DNA of 59,356 nucleotides, counting the filler, from Basidioascus undulatus (Eukaryota): NCBI GenBank assembly GCA_000826855.1. It is 6 parts of 6 records of this genome, joined end to end, with 100 filler letters (N's around TTAATTAATTAA, not from the genome) between each part and the next. Parts side by side here need not be neighbours in the genome. Positions count along the whole stretch, not along the records: positions 1 to 9,259 come from JTLS01001273.1; positions 9,360 to 18,612 come from JTLS01001274.1; 4 more parts are not named here. One strand, given 5' to 3'. Every line of letters starts with the position of its first letter. The stretch's first letter is position 1. Below are positions 1 through 12,334 of this stretch, piece by piece. A program made the position numbers and the translations under genes. Under the pieces are notes generated by a model that saw only the letters and a program-made list of their open reading frames with translations, had not been told where the DNA came from and did not search any database.

Positions 1-1029
1 CCCCCCCCCCCCCCCCCAACGATCGCGCCTGACGATCCCCCATCTAGCTCCCTCGTTGATCCTCCCTCCGCGACTCGTCCTCACCCTCCGCACGCTCATC
101 CTCGCCGAACACACCTACCTAGACTACAACGCGTTCTTCCACCCGTCGCTCTTCCCGGCGGGCTCCCTCCACGCGCTGCGCACAAGGGACAACTCTAACG
201 ACACGCTAGCATGGTTGGACGGCGGCGTCCGCCACCCGCACGTCTATCTCGCGATGCCGAACTTCACCCGCCTCGCCCTCCAGGGGCACGACGAGCTCAA
301 CAAGCCGCCCCCCCCTACCCGCCCGGCGCGCTCGCGCGTCTGACGCACTTTGAGGGGAGCGCGCGGGCATCGTCCGCGCCTGAGCAGCAGACAGGCGAAC
401 TCCGCATGCTGGTGGTCAAGTCCTCGGGGGCCTGCTTGCCGCGGAAGGAGCTGGAGATGGCGCTGCTCCAGGGGCCGGAGGAGAGTTGGCGGAATGTGAA
501 AGGTCTGTCTATCATCAACTGACCGACTGAAATGAAACCGCCAGCATCGCAGAAGATTCTCGGGGGGCTGGGCAAGTCTGGAGAGCCTGCTTATCGATGA
601 GAGCGAGCCCGCGCGAACAATTCCTCCTCTCTCCGTATATCCCCCCTTATCCTGACCCTCATGCTGAGCCCCTCCGTCGCCCAACAAAGATGTCACCCGA
701 CTTCTTCCGCGCTGGCTTCCCGCGCCTGAAACCCCTCGGCATCGCCCTGCACGGGACCGCCATGCGACGCGGAGGAGGCACCGCGCAACGCCGCGTCGTG
801 TCCGTCGTTTGAGGTGCTCGCGTTTGCGCGCATCCAGGATCAAGATCGGCGACGCACCCTCCCGCCCGCGAAGGAGGCTGTCTGGCTTCTGGAAGCGGGG
901 AAGGAGCCGCGGTTGGTGCAGGATGCGGAGGAGAGGCGCGCTTGTGGAAGGAGCGCTTTGTTCAACGTTGGGAAACGCAGTGGACGCGAGACACGAAGCA
1001 AAGTGGGCGAAGTATGGCATTCCCTTTGA
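1..1029 (+). pseudogene. Frameshifted 3' part of an LRR/F-box-like gene (pseudogene or homopolymer errors)
   Basis: Protein-like text with LxxLxL-type repeats (LRTLILAEH, LARLTHFEG, LRMLVVKS) continues across ORFs 56-343, 211-522, 597-812 and 814-1029 in different frames; 5' end missing at contig start. Confidence 0.35.
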
Positions 1030-2324
1030 GCACTGGGATCAATTTGCTGCTCCTACCAGTTCATGTTCGTTTGGTGCTGCTTTGCCAACGCTCATGCGTT
1101 GGAAGGCCACTCTCCCCGTCCAAACCTGCGTCCACACTCCTCGTTCCTCAAACCTGTGCTCCTTTCCTTTGAAGTAACTGAGCAATTCGCCGTGATCTCT
1201 CGGCCCTTCTGTCAATCGACTCTTACAACTTCTACAACCGCACCCGCAGTGCGCCCGTCCGCCGGCGTCCCTTCCACGTCGTGATTCTTCCTCAACCATC
1301 CTTCATCCTTCCACCTTCTGTCTTCCCGCAGTGTCTCGCTTCTTCGCCGTTTTCCCCCGCTCAGGCAGAGCCTCGTCCGCAGTCGAGCAGTTGAGGCTCA
1401 GCCCAGCTTTGTCCGGAATCAACATCGCGTCGCACTTGCTCGCACCCGCTGGTCGTCTCGTCCGCGGTCCTGACTACGTGCACGCAAATCCCATGTGCGA
1501 CGTATCCATTACCCACGAGAATACTGCCGCTTACAGCGCAGCACAACAGAAAGCCACCACACCCATCTCAACCAAGCAGCATTTGAACCATCATCGGGCG
1601 AACCAATCGCGTACGAGACCAAGACGCCCAACGAAACTACGTAGTAGTGACAACAAAGCGAAATAAGATCGAGCAAGGATCGTTATGCGTCAACTCAATG
1701 TAAAAGCTAGACGCGAGAGTGCGACCGACAAGACGAGGCGAAGGAGTGAATCGCAGGACAATATGGTGCTGGCTGGCTAGCAAAGTCCATGCCCGAAGGC
1801 GAGAAGCAATACAGGCGATGTGGGGGGAGTGTGTGTTGGAAGGAAAATAAAGAAAAGTTCAAGTGCGCGATGAGGGAGTATGTGGGGCAAGATAAATGAA
1901 GAAAAGGGGTAGGGGTCGGAGGGATAATCGGCTGGCACCATGCGCTGGGCGATACAGCCCGACACCGTCCCTGGCGTCGTCGTCCTTTGGGGGGAGGGGG
2001 AGAGGACGAGCGAGTACAGAGGCGGCTAAGAGTGTCGGAGGTCGCGGGCAGGTGGGAGCACGACGAAGGGGTAGACAAGTGTAAAGACGGTGAGGAGGGG
2101 TGGAGAGACGTTGCGGCTCGACGACCGGCGCGCGGACGAAGGGAACGTCGTCTTCCGTGGGGAACAGAATCCGGTGGAGGGGACACCGGCCTGGCGTGGA
2201 GTAATCATTGAGGGGCCCGCCGGGGGCTTCTGCTGTGGAAGGCAGATGGAGATCAGTCCGAGGGCGGATCGTCAAATGTGGCGCCAGAAGGGCGTACCAG
2301 TTCAGTAGATGGACCGGGGCGCGC

Positions 2325-3379
2325 TTAGGCCGCGCTAGCATGGCAGGTGCAATCGTGCTTGTGCTGTTGACGAAGACGACGGCAACGTCAGCAAAACCGT
2401 CGACGGACGCGGAAAGACACAACTAACGAGCGCGTCGCGACGCACAAAGCCTTTACCACAGCCATGGCACGCCTTGCCACCTTCGTGAATGCTCTGCGTG
2501 GACACGGACGAGAATGTCAGCGTCAACCTCGACGGTGACGATGGTCAAGACAAAGACAAGACGAACCTGGATGTGGCGCACGAGGTCATGCTTGCGGCTG
2601 AAGCGACGCGCGCACGAGTCGTACGGACAAACGTGAGGCTTGACGCGGTCGGGGTCGTGCGTGGCCATGTGCTGTTTGAGGTTGAACTGCCTCGCAAACG
2701 CGCGCGGGCACTGCGTGCAGGCGTAGCGTCGGACGGGGCCAGGTCCCTTGCTCGGGCTCGATCCTTCGGTGGAGCTGGTCGACGGCGAGCGGTCCCGCAT
2801 GCTGTGGATCGGGACCGCGTACGGCGCGCCGGGGAGCATGGGCAGCGCCATCGCGGGCGGCGGGCTCGGCGAGAGGGACGGCGTGGGCGAGGGCGCATAG
2901 AACGCCGACTGCGGGGAGATTGTCGTGTCGTACTCGCTCATCGACGGCGGGAGCGCGCCGACGTGGACGGGCACAGACGGCGGCGGCGGTGGCACGTGCG
3001 CGGCCATGATCGCCTGGTGGTGCGCTGCGAGCTGCTTCTGGTGCTCGTGGTAGTAGAAGAGCGCGTCGGCCTCGACGAGAGCGTGGTGGGCGGTCGAGAT
3101 GGCCGAAGGGTCGTAGATCGCGGGCTGGGCGAGGACGGCCGAGTCGTATGCGCTGAAGTCGGGCTGGGGAGCATAGGCCGGCGTGGAGAAGTACGTCGGC
3201 GGGAGGGAAACCGGCTGGGTGAGGAGGATGGAGTCGCCGGACGCGGGCGCGGACGAAGCAGGCGTGGGGACGTAGTCAGGCGCGGCGGCAGCAGGGTACG
3301 GGTAGGTGGTGTACGACGCCGACGTCGAGTGGCGGAACGACGAGGGCGGCTGGGAGATGGTCTGCGCAAGAGTTGCCAT
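2325..3379 (-). CDS. C2H2 zinc-finger transcription factor (Pro/Ser-rich N-terminus, two C2H2 fingers plus a C2HC finger)
   Basis: YACTQCPRAFARQFNLKQHMATH, HVCPYDSCARRFSRKHDLVRHIQ|SIH, CHGCGKGFVRRDAL|HKHDC; two GT-AG introns; probable 5'UTR intron (donor ~3490) ending just before the ATG; TATA-like at ~3586-3592. Confidence 0.9.
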
Positions 3380-6300
3380 CTGTAGGAAGAACAAGCGGAA
3401 GACGAGGAGGAAGACGGGGGGAGGGGGAGGGAGATGGTCGTCACAAGTCTGCTCCAACAGGCCTTGCACAGCCACGTCGACGCTACTCACTGTTGGTTTT
3501 CAGTTGGTTGAACTGTTTGGTTGGTTGTGGATGTGGAAAAAAGAGAAGACGGCGGAAGGAGTGGTGTGGGTTGAGGACTGAGCGTGTTTATAGGGCGGGG
3601 GATTGAGGGGAGTGGAGTGGTGGTGGTCGAGCGCAAGAGACAAGGTAAGCAAGGGTGGGGGGATTGAGCGAAGGCGCGAGAGGACAAGTGAGGAGCCACC
3701 TTTCCTTTCTCTGCATGCCGCCCGCCCGCCCAGCGTGTGCCCCTTCCCCGCCTTCCCCGCCGCCGTCACTACCCCCTTCGCCCCATTTCTGGAAGTGTCA
3801 CAGCTTTTGGCAACGCTCGCTTTGGGCCGAAACACGTTCAAATTCAGCTTGACAGGCGCCCCTGCTGCGGAGCGGACTTTGAATTCGGGGTGCAATAGTA
3901 TCCACCCACTACAACATAAGTACAAACTTCAAACTCTACCCCCTTTTTGTCCTCGCATGCACCCCGGGACGTCATCGTGCACCGCCTCCTCAGAATCTCA
4001 ACTAAACGACAACACACACCGACGCTTGATCCCTCTGCCCGCGAAAGATGCAACTTGTCTCGTTCGAGTCCCTATCCATCCGCAAACATGAATGTACCAC
4101 CAACGCCTCAGACAAGACGGGTGTGTGTCCGCCAGCAGCAGCATCTCGAGCGTGCCTCGCCTTTTGCATCGCTTTCCTATAAAAGCGAAGGGGTTCGTGT
4201 TCGACTCAGAAAATAGCCAACTCCCCGCGTTCGGCACATCACCCTTCCCCGCATATGCCCAATTTGTGCCCAATGGCAATCGAACGCAAGCAGCTCATCA
4301 ACGTCCGTCCATGAATGACCGTCGTCCCGCCGTGCTCGCGATCTTGACTCTTTCGGCTGTTGGGATCAAGAAAGGAATATGCGTCCATTCTGAACAGTAC
4401 ACCAACTTGCACAAAACACATAGTAGAGCTTTTGCATATGGGCTGCGAAACTGGGAGAGTTGACGGTAGAAGCAGCCCTTGTCACCGTGCATCTCAACAC
4501 GCTACCTGCACACTGCGAGCACTGCGAGCACACTGCAACGCATGCGTTGAACTCTTTCTCTCCATGTCACAAACACCTCAACAATTCTTCTAGCCACTTC
4601 GCTGTGTGCTCCCAATCGCTTCAGTGACTTCCATCAGCCTCCCAACCTCCTGGATGCTCAACAAACACGTTGCACAATTCATGAGCCAACGACCGCTAGC
4701 CCTCCGACTAACGCACCCCTAGTCCTAACCTCCCCCGCGCCGCCTCGTAATCCGTGCCTTATCACTGTACAATCACCACTGACCAGCTGCTCTCTCGATC
4801 CACGCCTCGCCTGCAGGCTGCATTTCCCAATGAAAAAAAGGCACGCGCGTCGAAGGTGTACCCTCCTGATCGCGCTCCGGTTCGGTCCCGGTCACTCCGA
4901 ACGAAGCTTGTGCTCTGAGGAGGCCTCGCGGGCCCTCAGCACTGATCCCTCTACCGCTCTATTGCCGCACTCCTCACCCTGAGCATCTGAGGAGGGCCCA
5001 GCCGGGGGTCGAGCGGAGAGAGAGGAGATAACACAGTAAGGCAAGGTGGTGACATCATTTCCGCGAGGTTCTTTGACGTCGCAATGTGCAACAGCAATGT
5101 GTGTAACAGCCGCCTCATCGTGACAGAGTGGCAATGAGAAAGGGAAAGGGGAGAAAGTACATGTGGTGATGGGGAGCTGAGGGGACGTCATTCTCGTCGG
5201 GGAGCGCGTGGTGGTTGTGCACGTCGACGGAGACGAGTCGAGGAGCCCGGGCCGCGACGAGGTGCGACGCGACGCTTTGTTTGCATTTAGCGACAACAAC
5301 ACCTTTCTTTTTGTTCTGATTCAAAACGACACATCAGATAAAGAATGAAAGGCCCGCCGAGGATACTGGTCTTTTGCTGCCCGTCCGCTGTGCAGTCTGT
5401 TGCCACATGGTTCTACCTCATCCTGGACGATGTTGCTGAATCACGAACTTGCATGGGCCTGCAGACAAAAAGGACTCGTAGTGGTATGAATCAGAATGGT
5501 CCTTTCGCCCGCGTACCTGTGGCGACTGTAACTCTGAACTTCTTTCGTGGCTGCCTCGACGCGACCTCGTGCTCATGTGGCAGCCCGAAACTGCGAGCGT
5601 AACACGTTAGATATGGCTTGTTGCCTTGGACAGGAGCAAACATGGGAGTGGTTTGCCTATTGAGACTGGGGTTTTCGGAGCAGAGGCGTGACACCAGCCA
5701 CATACACGCATCGGGTCCAAGAATGAAAAAGTTTACAAGTGAGGTGACGGTGAGATGGGGTTAGTCATGCGAAGTTCTTTCTTCCACTACTGCGTGAAGT
5801 TCATTCCCGACTACTCTTTTGAATAGCATAGCTTCTTGCAGTACCAGACGGAATGCGTGCGTGTGCCATACAGCACGGACGACAGGTTCCTTGCAAGGTC
5901 CCGATAGGAAGGAATGTCAGATGTAGGACACGATTATGAATATGATCCACCCGGTTCTAGACGCGTCCTATGCCTGGGAAATAACGTGCGCAATTTGGCG
6001 TCGAGATTTGGGGTTGCCCACAGTCATTGATTGTCTTGTAGGGGTGTTTTGTTCGGACCGCTGTTCTTGACCATCTGGAGGTCGAAATTTTGGGAGGGAG
6101 ATTTTCTGCAGTTTCTAAATTCCGACTTCTTTGCGTAACAGGGCAGCAAATTTGACTGCCAACCACATTCAAGTACCGAGGTCCATCTTACCATTTCGCA
6201 ACGCGACCGGAGGCTTTTCAAGCATCGTCAACCTGCTACGCCCCCTCAGTACAGCCCTGTCGGGGTCACTATATTCAAGAATTCAGGAAGACCCTGCCGG

Positions 6301-7857
6301 CTCCGGCTCGTTGTAGCTCAACAAGCTCAGTCGAATTTGTTCATTCTCCAGTGCGACAGCGGTTGTCTGCCGGCTGTGCAGTGCTCGAAACAGGCCCCTG
6401 GCGGCCTCAAAACCACATTTGCTGATCCATGCAATTCTCGAACCAGATGAGACTGTGGTTGCACAGCCGCGACCGCGCACAAGCGTTCCGTTGCAAGGCG
6501 GCGGCGGACGCTGATTTCTTGCCTGCCGGCTGGCGGTGGCGTCGCCGACCGGCCGCCCGCGCCCGCGCCTGGCAAGGTCTACTCGTCCCGCGCGCGCTCT
6601 GGCTGCGTCTCGCACAAGTGTCACAGTCCGGCCTGGCAGGTAATATCTCAGCGAGGCTGTTCTGTGCTCGGCCCATAATGATCCTCCGTGGAGGCATTAT
6701 CGGGGGGCGAGGGAGGAGGCCAGAAGGCGCCTGCGCGAGCCTCAACGAGCGGAAGCTGCCGCGCTGCGAAGGCATCGAGGCGGACGCGTTGCTGACAGAC
6801 CGCTGTGCGAAGTGGTTCGGGAACCGTTCAGATGGGAGTACAGTCTTCTCCTGACTTTCATGCAAGCAGTTGGGCAGCAAAGTGCGGCAGCGTCCTCCCC
6901 CGGTGTGCATGCCTCGGCGTGGCCTGCAATTTCGGTGGGCTTATCTTCACTTTGCATGAGACTTCATTCTTTGGGATATGGTGCTGCAGCCTGTTCCCCA
7001 AAGGGATATCATTTGTCCGACCATGAGACGCTTGCTTCGCCAGGTAGCGCTTTGAACACTGCTCTCCGATAGAGTCAATAATGGTATCCGATAGGGTGCC
7101 CAGCCAACAAAATGTGCATACAGAACATTTATCAAACGAAACAAGACAGTGGGAGAGGGGATTAGTTTGCAATGTGACAAAGACGCAGCCGCTGAGGGCG
7201 ACTCCGAGGATCTGAGGAACGCGAAACGGCAACAGCTGCGACGAGCGGCGAGAAGGACCTTTTCTCAGGGAGGACTGAAGTTAATACCGCTCATACGTAA
7301 GGTGGAGATGAGACAATCCTTGGAAGCGAAGAGGGGACACTCTCATGTTCAGTCGGGTTCTTTCCCCTATCATGATTGCTGCGGCAGCTGGGCAGTCCTT
7401 CGCTCAGGTTCCCACCTGCCTGCCTCGGATTCTAATCCACATAAGTATCGCCATAGTTGTGCGGAACGCGCGTACGTAGTTATTCTGCATTACATACTAC
7501 CACGGGCACCCCAGTCATGGCAAACAACCTTCCTGGAGGCTCGTCAACAGGCTTTTGAGCGCAAGCGAGTGTGCGGCGTTCGCAAACAAGCAGTGTTTCC
7601 CCCGTCTGCGATAGCTACGCAGTCCACTTTCCCTCAATTCACTGACAACCCAAGGACATCCACTAAATAATCATTCACCCATCGCCACTCGCCAGTCGAG
7701 CTCGGAGCGGCTCCATGGCCCCAGCCCCGCCATAGCGACACCCACTTCCACTGCCACATGGATTTGCTCAAGTTGCGAATAAAGTCCACAAGCACACAAG
7801 GGTCTAGTTCAATACGATGTATTGCTCAATGCACACCCTCAACCACCAATCAATTCA

Positions 7858-8160
<303 letters not shown>

Positions 8161-9259
8161 CTAGCGCGGGTGGTGGCGAGTGGGAGGAGAGGTGGATGCC
8201 TGATAGGGAGGGATAGGGAGGGGTGGCAAGTCAGTTAACGCATCCACATCGCCGGTGTGTGCCCGTTATGTTCGCGATCACGGCAAGCTAGCCGGCATCT
8301 CAATGTCAGTATATCATGGCCGACGAAGCACCATAAATCGCATCCAGATCGCCATCGAGACCGTAGCCCACGCCACCCCGACCGACGTCCCCGCCACGTC
8401 CCCTTATCGCCTGAGCGCCGGAGCGCCACCGGCGCACGAAGCGCCCTAAAGGCACCACCTAACCCCACGTATTGCACGATCCGAAGCATTTGAACAAGAC
8501 TCACCAAGTGATACAAGTGTTGGTAGTGTGGAAAAGGCGAGGGCGGGGAGGATGTGGTTGATGGTCAGGAGTCATGCGGGCATGCGAGCGGGGTCATTCA
8601 GCAGCAGCAGCCGCGAGACTTGCTGACTCAGGGACCTCAAAACCTGGACTGTGAACCCGATGCTCAGAGAATCCTTGTCACGGATAATCTATCGAAAATT
8701 GAATTTTGGAAAGGTTGAGATCAGCTCAATAACACCGTCGACGTCCCTTCTTAATGCGACGATCCATCGTGGCGGTCGTGCAAGGCGAAGGCGGACGGCT
8801 GCGATAAGGCTCCCAACGTCGTCACTTGCAGCATCGTCGGGTCGACCGATTTCCTCGCTCGCCTGCTCACTATCCATATCGATAAAAGTTGTACGATAGG
8901 TCTCCTAATTGGAACTGGCTACACTAGTAATGGCGGACTGCGGTGCACGAGCGAAAGCCCGCTGCAACCCTAACCTGCAAAAGTGGGACATCGCCTCATA
9001 GCGATGCCGCCGTGGTCTTCTCGCTTGGCTCGCTGCACCTTCCACAACCTCCTCACCAAAACATGGGTAAGCCTCTTTCTCCCACCCCTTCTTTCACACC
9101 CCTCCTCCCACTCACTCCTCCTCCCCCTCAGTCGATTCTTCCCCCTCCACCCTCGGGACCTACGCAGCGATCTCCCTGACCTCCCGCGCGCCCTCCTCAT
9201 CCAGCCCGGCGCGTGAATCCCCGCCCGCGATGTTGGCAGCCTCGATGTCGAAGTTGCCT

Positions 9260-9359
9260 NNNNNNNNNNNNNNNNNNNNNNNNNNNNNNNNNNNNNNNNN
9301 NNNTTAATTAATTAANNNNNNNNNNNNNNNNNNNNNNNNNNNNNNNNNNNNNNNNNNNN
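9260..9359. other. Artificial contig-join spacer
   Basis: 44 N + TTAATTAATTAA (stops in all six frames) + 44 N. Confidence 0.99.
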
Positions 9360-9893
9360 GTTGGGGAGGGGGAGCGGGAAGAGCGTGCAAGAGCGGGGGG
9401 AGGGGGAGGAGGCGCGGGGCGGGGACGGTTCCGGAGCGAGGGGAGGAAGTCGGGGCCTAGGACGTCCTGCTCGGTCGCACCGCGCTCAGAGTCCGCCATC
9501 ATTCGTAAATAAGGGAAGATTGAGCGTCAGCGCACTCACACCAAGGAGTCTCTCATAGCTCCACAGATACCCATCCAGGTGCCCCACAGCCGCCTTGTCC
9601 CTCCCAATCAGCCGCCCAAAGCTCGCCCTCGTCCCACCGCCGAGCATGTAGTTCACCAACTTCCTGCAGTGCTCCTGCACCCGCTCCGAGAGCGTCCCGA
9701 GCTCCCACAGGACACGCTGCATCTGCTCCGGCGGCAGCGTGAGCAGCGCGGGCGTGCACTCCGTCACGGTCGTGTGCATCTTTTGGAGAAACGCTAGCGT
9801 TGAGGGGGGAGTGGCGGGGAAGGTGGATAAAGCGGTTTGGGTGTACTCCAGGGCGGCAAGGAGATCGTCGGAGGCGCGCTTGATTGACTCCAT
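9360..9893 (-). CDS. 5' part of a gene with an N-terminal helical-bundle domain (possibly MLKL/HeLo-like) and a Pro-rich linker; cut by the contig end
   Basis: MESIKRASDDLLAALEYTQTAL...VLWELGTLSERVQEHCRKL...SFGRLIGRDKAAVGHLDGYLWSYERLL; GTGAGT donor at ~9539; next exon Pro-rich. Confidence 0.55.
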
Positions 9894-11399
9894 GGCGAGG
9901 GTGGGGGAATTCGAGTTGGTCGGAAGTTGGAGGGGAGGGATTGATGAGCGGTTGCGCTCAGCGAACGAAGAGAGATATTTGCAGAGAATGCGAGATCGAG
10001 TAGGCGATGGCAATGGGAGAGCGAAGAGGGAACGAGAGACGGAGAGAGTGACCAGGAGATAGGAGCCGCGAGCGAATGACGATCAGCCCCAGGACCACGG
10101 CGACCAGACAATCACGGCCAGAATACACGTGCATGAGTACCCTGGTAGCTATGAAAGCCTCCACAAGAACAGGGAACTTGATGCTTAGCAGGACCGCGAA
10201 TTCGAGGCGATGGATCGACAGTGAGCGATAGAGCCATATCCAGCATGTCTTTCAATGAGCGTGCGACACAAGGCGGTTAAGAGGATTGCACAATCATGAG
10301 CAGTCGGATGGACTGGTCAGTGAGAGGATGAACGGGAGCAGTCGAGAAGATGGAAGATCGGCGTCAAGAGGCGGGCCGCTTGTCATAGCGCTAGTAGGCG
10401 GTGCCTGGACGGTGCTGTACAATAGATAGGGTTGGATTGAGAGCACTCTTTTCAATTATTTTCACCAAAAAAACTTTGCCGCAGTCGTGCAAAGCCCGTG
10501 CTGGACGGTGTGAGGGTACCAGCACTGGTTCGATCAAGTTTTACAAACACTGAGATTTTGATGCTGAAACTGAGCGATGAGCTGAAATTCGCTAACCATC
10601 AGTTTCAGTACATGATAAGCCTCCATGATTTCTGTGTCGCACTAATCTCTATATCGGAGAGTTTTCACAGAGCTTTGCACTCCGAAATCTGATAATGGCG
10701 CTAGCGTGAGATTGTCAATTTCACTCCTCAAGTTCCCACTTTGAAAAACAGATACCACTCCCCGTTCATTCCCGGGCTGATTCGCTCCGGATCGATCGCA
10801 AGAGGCTACAGAGTCACGGTGGAGCGTCCTTCCACAGCAGGTCAGCGGAGTCGCTGGAGCCGCGTAGACGAACAATTCACGCTCACACATTATATTTTGG
10901 TACGACATATTCTGTACAAGAGACTGCAGGCACAGCGTCGGACGTCTACAGTTAGAAAGTCTGGGAGTTTGGGTCCGCGGCCGGACACCGCGGCGGCGGC
11001 GGCACAGGCGTTTTCCTTCTTTCGCTCCACCCTCTCATTGCCACGTCTTCAGGCCTACAGGACGACCTCGAAGCAGCACTCCCCCTGGCTCTTTGGAGTG
11101 GCTCTTCCCTTGAGCGTCTTCCTTTCAATATGAGCAGTACGAGCTTGCATGTTATCTGCTCGTTGACCACGACGCTGAAAAGTCACCCCACAGAGCTCCT
11201 CCGTACATTCACTCGCCCGCACCAGGCGAAGGTCTTTCAGGCCTCTGGGCCCGCATGGCAACTTACAGCCTTCACTACCTTCACGACTCCGTCGTCTGTT
11301 CGCATCCGTGACCTGAAGGCGCTGTCGGTCCCCAGCGCCTACATTCGCAACTTCAGCTTGACACCAGAAAAATTGCCTACCTGGCCCCCGATAACCTTC

Positions 11400-11958
11400 C
11401 AAAACATCTGGACAGATATACCTCTGGGGGAGTATTGGACGAGGACCTCGAGATGCTCGTAGACGCGGAGGATCGTTATCACCGGGCCCGTGGAGAGCAT
11501 TACTTTACGTATCTTGGTGAGTTTTGTCACTAGCATGGAACTTTCTAGAAGTAACTGATTTCAATGAACCTCTCCGCTACATGCCAGGATCCTCTCGAGC
11601 GTCCCGCCCACATCTCTGTGCGTCCGCTGGACCCTCAAGTCGGGTTCTCTCGCTACGAGATTGCAAGGGCCGTTTGCCACGCCTATGAGTATATCTATAA
11701 GGTGCGAGTTTCTGAAACAACAGTCCATTCAATCGACCATCGCTTGTCGTTACGTATGGCTTATTCCAGTGAGTGCTGCCTCACGTCGAACGACAGACAA
11801 CAACCGCGGCTATCACTGGGAGGCAAGTAAAGTCCCACCGTAGGCGGTTGACGGGCATATATGGAATTTGGGGCGGTTACTAAATCGGGGACCTCCTGCT
11901 TCATTGTGTGGAATACAACCCGAAGACTGGATGCTGGGATGTGTTGGTGTACAGCTAG
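11400..11958 (+). pseudogene. Intron-containing pseudogene of an uncharacterised 'GFxRxE..Y..IY / YGIWG..IxDL' family
   Basis: Rebuilt: LVDAED/IVITGPVESITLRIL|DPLERPAHISVRPLDPQVGFSRYEIARAVCHAYEYIYK|VERQTT...GIYGIWGGY*IGDLLLHCVEYNPKTGCWDVLVYS*; donors at 11517 and 11702; frameshift and an in-frame stop. Confidence 0.55.
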
Positions 11959-12334
11959 TTGGGTGCAAGGTATTTAGATTCACGCCCGAAGTCTTGGTCT
12001 GCGCCTGAACCTCGGAAACGGTACAGGCCCGCGGAGCTCGTAGTTCTCTTTAGGGGAGGTTGACGCGGGTTGGAAGAATTCGGGGAGATCTGCGAGTCCT
12101 ATGCCTGCCACACGCTGTGCATCGATAACAATCCACACAATGCACGTGTAGGTCCAGTGCTTTACTTTCGTTTGGCTCGATCACCCGTAAGTAGGACACT
12201 AGTGTTTTTTATGGGCCTGGATGAGAAACGGAAGTCACATCGACAAGCTCATGGCAACGACAGTCACCCATTTCGAAGCTCAGACGCCTTGCGCGCCGTC
12301 ACTCACACTCTCCGCCCAGCTTCATCATCCCTCA

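Noticed and set aside
2489..3385. Long antisense ORFs over the zinc-finger gene and other GC-rich genes
   Set aside because: Shadow frames caused by high GC3; no domain signal
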